Assembly: GCA_963662335.2 (NCBI GenBank)
Contig: CAXXVD010000004.1
Coordinates: 96,001-160,000 of the forward strand
DNA length: 64,000 nucleotides
Direction of reading: 5' to 3'
Source: Chloroflexota bacterium
GTDB lineage: Bacteria; Chloroflexota; UBA11872; VXOZ01
The translations under genes were made by a program, and so were the position numbers. The notes under the pieces are model-generated. The model was not told where the DNA came from. It saw only the letters and a list, made by a program, of their open reading frames with translations, and searched no databases. Numbering within the stretch: position 1 is the first letter of the stretch; every line of letters begins with the position of its first letter. This document shows positions 59,070 to 64,000 of this stretch, piece by piece.

Positions 59070-60035
59070 TCAATCTACCACCTGGTACTTGGCAGGCAAG
59101 TTACTGGGACTGTAGGGGTTGCCGGAATTCTCCATGCGTCTGGGCACGCTCGAATGAATCTTCGCCGATTCGGGAATGCGCCGCTGTACCGGACGCCAGA
59201 CGCGCCACATGCCTCGTCGGGACTCCTGGATTGCGCCTAGTGGATCCGGATTAAGGCTGTCCTCCCAACCATTTCTCAAGCGCAGCCCTTTGTCCCGCGC
59301 GTTCTCCAACATCCACTTTAGTGAAATGTCCGATATTCTAGGATCAGGATGCGACCCGCCCACGTCGGAATGGAAGCCCGGGAACCAGACTTGCTCTATG
59401 ATCTGGCGCTCACTCCTGCGACTCTCGTTCCAAAGGCTCACAGGGAAGTGTCTGCGTCGTTCGTCGATTGAGACCGCTTGGTAGCCATAGGTCACGTCCT
59501 CGTTCAGGACGGTATCGAAGAACTTCCTCCCCCAAAACCAGCCCATAGAACCGACGGTGTCCCATACACCAATGAAGTAAGGCTTGCATTCGTGGCAGTA
59601 CGTTTCCTTGAACCCGGCGGCAATATCGTGATTGTCACGTCTGTTGTAAATCTTCGTAGCGTATGGAATGAGATTGTTGCTGCCCTTTTGCAGCAGGCCG
59701 CACTTGTGCAACATGCCCGCGAGCGCGCGAACCGTAAAGGCTCCTCTACTGAATCCGAAGAGGAACACCCTATCCCCCGCTTCATACCGGTCCATTAGGT
59801 ATCTGTAGGCATCCTCCACGTTCTGCTGCAGACCCGCGCCAAAGGCTTTGCCCAACAGGATACCCACTCGGCGGCCGGCTTCCCGCCCCAAGAAACTGAA
59901 GGTTCCGACACCAGGGTCGTAGAAGGCGATCTGATCCGAATCGCGTACGACGCGCTGGTACAGCTTGACCACGTTGGTACTGTTGCGACTATGTTCAGCC
60001 CCGGTCCCGTCACAGCAGATGACGATGTTCTTCAT
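59070..60035 (-). CDS. DUF2235 (Tle1-like) alpha/beta hydrolase
   Basis: KNIVICCDGTG, TNVVKL, YDPGVGT, FGFSRGA, GVWDTV, WFPGFHSDVGG. Confidence 0.92.
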   Translation of the reverse strand: MKNIVICCDGTGAEHSRNSTNVVKLYQRVVRDSDQIAFYDPGVGTFSFLGREAGRRVGILLGKAFGAGLQQNVEDAYRYLMDRYEAGDRVFLFGFSRGAFTVRALAGMLHKCGLLQKGSNNLIPYATKIYNRRDNHDIAAGFKETYCHECKPYFIGVWDTVGSMGWFWGRKFFDTVLNEDVTYGYQAVSIDERRRHFPVSLWNESRRSERQIIEQVWFPGFHSDVGGSHPDPRISDISLKWMLENARDKGLRLRNGWEDSLNPDPLGAIQESRRGMWRVWRPVQRRIPESAKIHSSVPRRMENSGNPYSPSNLPAKYQVVD

Positions 60036-60110
60036 GCGGCTCTTCCAACGCGGGGGACCGATATGTCGTGTCTCGCGATCATAGAGCGGGTGCTTCTACT
60101 TGTCCCCAGG

Positions 60111-62459
60111 CTACCTGTAGGCATCGCCCAGCCACGGATCCGACCTGAGGTCCCTGTCGAACTCGCGAAGTGGGTGGCGGTCGGGGTCGAGTTTCTCTCC
60201 GGTATCCCATGGCTCGAAGGCGTTCTTGATGTTCCCCAGTCCCGTTCGGCCAAGCTCCGGGAAGTGACGGAGTATAACGGTCTTCAGGTCGGCGGCATCG
60301 ATCCAGGCAAGCCCCTCCTTCGTGTAGGTCTGTTCATTGTAGTCGTCGGTGTAGAAACGGTCCGCCTGGAGTCTGCGAGTCGCGTTCAGGATGAATATCT
60401 GGAACAGCGTTTCGCCGAACCCGAATCCGGTGGGGCGATGCCCCTCAGCGAGTGTACCAATCAGCAAGTCCAGCTTCTCCACGTCACTCGGCTGGTCCCC
60501 ATACACGTCCTTGAGCTTCCGTACCTGTTCGACGTCGTCGGTAAGGTCGTCGAACGTGCGAATTGGGTTGAGGCCCAATTGACGCCTGAACTCGTTGTAC
60601 CGTGGCACGCCCCTTTCGCGCGCCCTGAGGATGTCTACCGCACCCATATCGAAGAGCGGGTTGCCCGGTACACTAAGTTCTCGCATGAAGCTGGGGTAGT
60701 TGTTCAACACCAGTTGGCCCGGGTGCTGGACGCCAAATGAGAAGAACAGATCGGCCATTGACGTTCTGGCGGTCAGCCTGCCGGATCCCGCCTGGCGAGT
60801 CTGACCGAACGGCACGTCCTCGACCGCATTGTCGTTGCCGAGGCTTCTGATTCGGATTGCCTCGGGCAGAAGCGAGTGCAGGCGATAGACTTCGGCAAAC
60901 TCCTCGGTGAGGCCGTAGGGCTGCCCGTGCTTGTTGATCGGATTGCCTACAACACCGCCCATCTCCGGGTTCCGCACGTTGATGTCCGCAACCGTCTTCC
61001 TGTTCTCAGCGGCCCTGTAGGTGGTGAACAACCCATACCAGTTGGCATTCAGTCCTGAGTCGAGTCCGCGATTCGGGAGAATTGCCGGCGTCCATTCCAC
61101 GGTGTGTATCTTCGCCATCACGGCCGCGTTTATAAGGCGCGCCACGCTGAACAGGCGTGCGTCATCCCAATCATGATGGGCGCTCTTCAATCTGTCGCAG
61201 ATGGCATTATGCTCTCGCGTGAAGAGGGTGTGCAGCATGGTCAGGCCTATCCACCAGTTCCGGGTGAAGCCAGTCTGCTCGATACCCTTATCGTCGAGAG
61301 GTAGATTGCCCGCATCGTTGAGCCGAAGCTTGCCGTCGACCTTGGTACGGAGCTTTTCCAGAGTCTCCTGATTGCTGCCGTATATCTGAGAACCGTCCCA
61401 CCAGTGGGTGACTTCGTTGATGAACGTTATCGGGGTCCGTTCTCCATCGGGCATTCGGGTGGGATCGGATTGTGTCTTACCGATGAACATACTGGTCTGC
61501 CAGTGCTTCTTCCGAGCCGGGTCGTCTTCGGCCAGCGGAATCTCGTGCACCTCGTTGATGAGAGGCTCCCCATGGTGAACCCAATCATGGTTTTGGAAGT
61601 TGATCCATGACGCAGCCAGCAGATTGAGGAAAGGCACCTCCTTCATTTGCTCGCCCCTGGCCAGGAAGATGCGGCTTAACTCTCTCGGGTTCGGCGTCAT
61701 CAGGCTTTCACCCGTCTCTGGATGAATTACGTCGTTGTTCACATTGCGGGGGAAGCGAGTGCCTGCGGCGCCTTCTTTGGGATCGGCCAGGTTGTTCCAA
61801 CTTCCATCGGCCGTGCGAAAGTGTCTGACGCCCGGAGGTGGAGACTGTCCCTCCGGCTGAAAGCCTATCAAGGCTCCGGGTGGATAGGTGCTCTTGAGGT
61901 TGTTCTTGTTGAGTTGGTCGCGCATGTAGGCCAGGGTGAGAATCCCGATGAAGTACGGCCGGCGGTACCAGTTTGTCCACACCTCGTCGCGGTAGCCGGT
62001 CAGACCTCCTAGAACACTGGTCAATACGCTCATGACCAGCGACACAAACGCCCCTCCCGCGTTCCCCACCGCTAGCAGAACCCACTGGAAGAAGTTCCGC
62101 CTCGGCGCCGCCATCGGAGTAGAGGGTATAGAGCCATCCTCTACGACCGGCCTGGCGAGCAACGCGTCGCGGTCGAAGTAGGATATGTCCGGTACGTGCA
62201 CGTTCACTTCAGCCGCCGCATTCACGCGGGCCTGCGTCAACATGTCCTGCCACGTGCGCCTGTTGGGATCGAGCTTCAACGCTTGCCGGTAACTGTCGGC
62301 AGCCTCGTCATACTGCTGCAGACCGTAGTGCGCGGCCCCGGCGAGGGCGTGAGTTTCACCATCGGCGTCCGCGTCAATCTGCGCGCTCAGCAGTTCGAGA
62401 GCGTCCCGGAACCTGCGTTTCTCGATCAGCCGCGCCGCATCTTCGTTCGAGTTGCTCAT
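60111..62459 (-). CDS. Heme peroxidase of the peroxidase-cyclooxygenase superfamily (alpha-dioxygenase-like) with N-terminal TPR
   Basis: NLLAASWINFQNHDW, THWWDGSQIYG, AKIHTVEWTPA, YGLTEEFAEVYRLHSLLP, RERGVPRYNEFRR, RRLQADRF. N-terminal AADSYRQALKLDP. GGGAG RBS. Confidence 0.9.
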   Translation of the reverse strand: MSNSNEDAARLIEKRRFRDALELLSAQIDADADGETHALAGAAHYGLQQYDEAADSYRQALKLDPNRRTWQDMLTQARVNAAAEVNVHVPDISYFDRDALLARPVVEDGSIPSTPMAAPRRNFFQWVLLAVGNAGGAFVSLVMSVLTSVLGGLTGYRDEVWTNWYRRPYFIGILTLAYMRDQLNKNNLKSTYPPGALIGFQPEGQSPPPGVRHFRTADGSWNNLADPKEGAAGTRFPRNVNNDVIHPETGESLMTPNPRELSRIFLARGEQMKEVPFLNLLAASWINFQNHDWVHHGEPLINEVHEIPLAEDDPARKKHWQTSMFIGKTQSDPTRMPDGERTPITFINEVTHWWDGSQIYGSNQETLEKLRTKVDGKLRLNDAGNLPLDDKGIEQTGFTRNWWIGLTMLHTLFTREHNAICDRLKSAHHDWDDARLFSVARLINAAVMAKIHTVEWTPAILPNRGLDSGLNANWYGLFTTYRAAENRKTVADINVRNPEMGGVVGNPINKHGQPYGLTEEFAEVYRLHSLLPEAIRIRSLGNDNAVEDVPFGQTRQAGSGRLTARTSMADLFFSFGVQHPGQLVLNNYPSFMRELSVPGNPLFDMGAVDILRARERGVPRYNEFRRQLGLNPIRTFDDLTDDVEQVRKLKDVYGDQPSDVEKLDLLIGTLAEGHRPTGFGFGETLFQIFILNATRRLQADRFYTDDYNEQTYTKEGLAWIDAADLKTVILRHFPELGRTGLGNIKNAFEPWDTGEKLDPDRHPLREFDRDLRSDPWLGDAYR

Positions 62460-63240
62460 TTTCTCCCTCCAATGCGGTGAACGTTTGCGCACATGCATAC
62501 AGATTCAGCTGCTCAGTCGGGTCTTACGTGATACCTGAGGCCACCCTCTGGATACGAGTGTGGCAGCGGGTCTTGCGATAAGACTGGACTTTGCGGGCGT
62601 ATTCGACCGTACTGAATCAGCTTTAGGATAGCCACCTTGCAGACGAGGAGAATGAGTCCCTTGCCGAGGCAGTCCTCGCGCCGCCGAGAAAGAGGCTGGG
62701 ATACATGGCCTCTGCATCGCTTCCAGGTTCCACAGAAGGCCCACCGCTACGGCGATACGGAACCCATTGAGCGAAACGTTCATAAAGCCAGACCTTCGTA
62801 CTTTCTTTACCGTTGTACCATACTGTAATTCGTGTGAGGCTGCAAGTAGCCGATGCAGCGCCATCAGCCCGACGGGTCCGCTAACGTGCGCTCACTTGAT
62901 GTCCACCGCCGGGGCGCTGGGACCGGCCTCCACGGAGAGCCGAGTGATAGAGGGTGCTATGAACGCCGCCCATGAGCGGTGGTAACCCTTGCCGTACAAA
63001 GTCCATCGGGACAGATAAGTGTATCGCGGCCGTGGTAGACACTGGCTTCACCGGGTCCCCGACCGTGACTCCGGCGCTGGTCATAGAGTTGGAATAGCCC
63101 CTCGCTGGCAATAGCCGTGTGACGTCGAATCTCCCACCGAAGAGTTCGCAATTCGGTACGCCTTGGCCCGCCAATTCAACCGCTCTCAGCTACAATACTA
63201 TCTGGGCCAGCCGCGCAGACGCGCATTTGGAGTGCACACT

Positions 63241-63735
63241 ATGGCCGGCAAGACGTCCAAGTCGGTAAAGCGGGAGCGAGAGAAGGCCGCCGCGCAGAAG
63301 GATGACGCGAAGCCGGTTCTTCTCTCCGGCGGCAACCCGCAGATCGCCAAGGCCGACGGCGACGCGCCCGTGCGGGCCTACATCGCGGCCATGCCTGAGT
63401 GGAAGAGCGACCTCGGCCGCAGGCTCGACGCGCTCATCGTGCGCGAGGTTCCGGAGGTACGCAAGGCGGTGCGCTGGAACTCGCCCTGGTACGGCATCGT
63501 GGGCCGGGGCTGGTTCCTCAGCTACCACGTCTTCACACGCTACGTCAAAGTGACCTTCCTGAACGGCGCGTTACTGCATCCCGCGCCACCCGGCTCCGGC
63601 AAGGACCCGGACGCCCGCTGGATTGACATCTACGAGGGCGAATTCAACGAGGAAGAGTTGGCGGCGTGGGTGCGGCAAGCCGCCGTCCTGCCCGGTTGGG
63701 ATGGCTTCCAGCACGTTGCGGACCCCAATTCGTAA
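63241..63735 (+). CDS. DUF1801 domain protein
   Basis: LLSGGNPQIAKADGDAPVRAYIAAMP, KAVRWNSPWYG, YVKVTF. GGAG RBS. Confidence 0.85.
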   Translation: MAGKTSKSVKREREKAAAQKDDAKPVLLSGGNPQIAKADGDAPVRAYIAAMPEWKSDLGRRLDALIVREVPEVRKAVRWNSPWYGIVGRGWFLSYHVFTRYVKVTFLNGALLHPAPPGSGKDPDARWIDIYEGEFNEEELAAWVRQAAVLPGWDGFQHVADPNS

Positions 63736-64000
63736 CCTGAGAGACCCGCCAGGCGAAGTTGGGCGTGCGCGCAGAGCCCCTGCTGTGCACGATAGAGGAT
63801 GAAGAGTTCGATCGGCCCATTCGCCCCTCGCCGGAGAACCGCCCGCGCCGCGCCGCATTCCCACGCACACACCTCGACTACCACATCTCATGGGCTTCCT
63901 TCCTAAGCTGCAAAGCTCGCCCCGTGCAGCGCGTTGCATTTGACACGATGGTTTGCATCGCCATACGATAGTAACCCACCGCTTCCGACCGCCGCATTCC

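Noticed and set aside
62500-63200. Several short ORFs in lower-GC DNA
   Set aside because: Possibly decayed genes, but none could be assigned or supported.

Overview
GC-rich bacterial chromosome segment, most consistent with a Chloroflexota organism (inferred from gene content and synteny). About 1-54.3 kb is mostly core or catabolic: CocE/NonD and DUF3604-like hydrolases, yvcK-gap-pgk, nadBC, queG, a shortened dcw cluster (mraZ-rsmH-ftsL-ftsI-ftsW-murC-murB-ftsQ-ftsA-ftsZ), metG-tatD, menaquinone genes, two FemABX-family genes, a GH4, htpX, yggS/T/U and hisS. Intergenic spaces carry REP and MITE-like repeats, including a nested element upstream of mraZ. After a tRNA-Ile/tRNA-Ala pair (54.5-54.75 kb) an accessory region holds the most unusual signals: (i) a short MetE-like Zn enzyme whose Zn-ligand Cys codon is an in-frame TGA followed by a SECIS-like hairpin (probable selenoprotein); (ii) a full-length second copy of tRNA-Ala that keeps G3:U70 but carries a GTA (Tyr) anticodon; (iii) a nested, base-paired element of about 206 nt; (iv) a lipoprotein of four tandem Cache domains; (v) a TPR-fused alpha-dioxygenase-like heme peroxidase next to a DUF2235 hydrolase. 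All family calls come from motif recognition by eye; no database searches were run.
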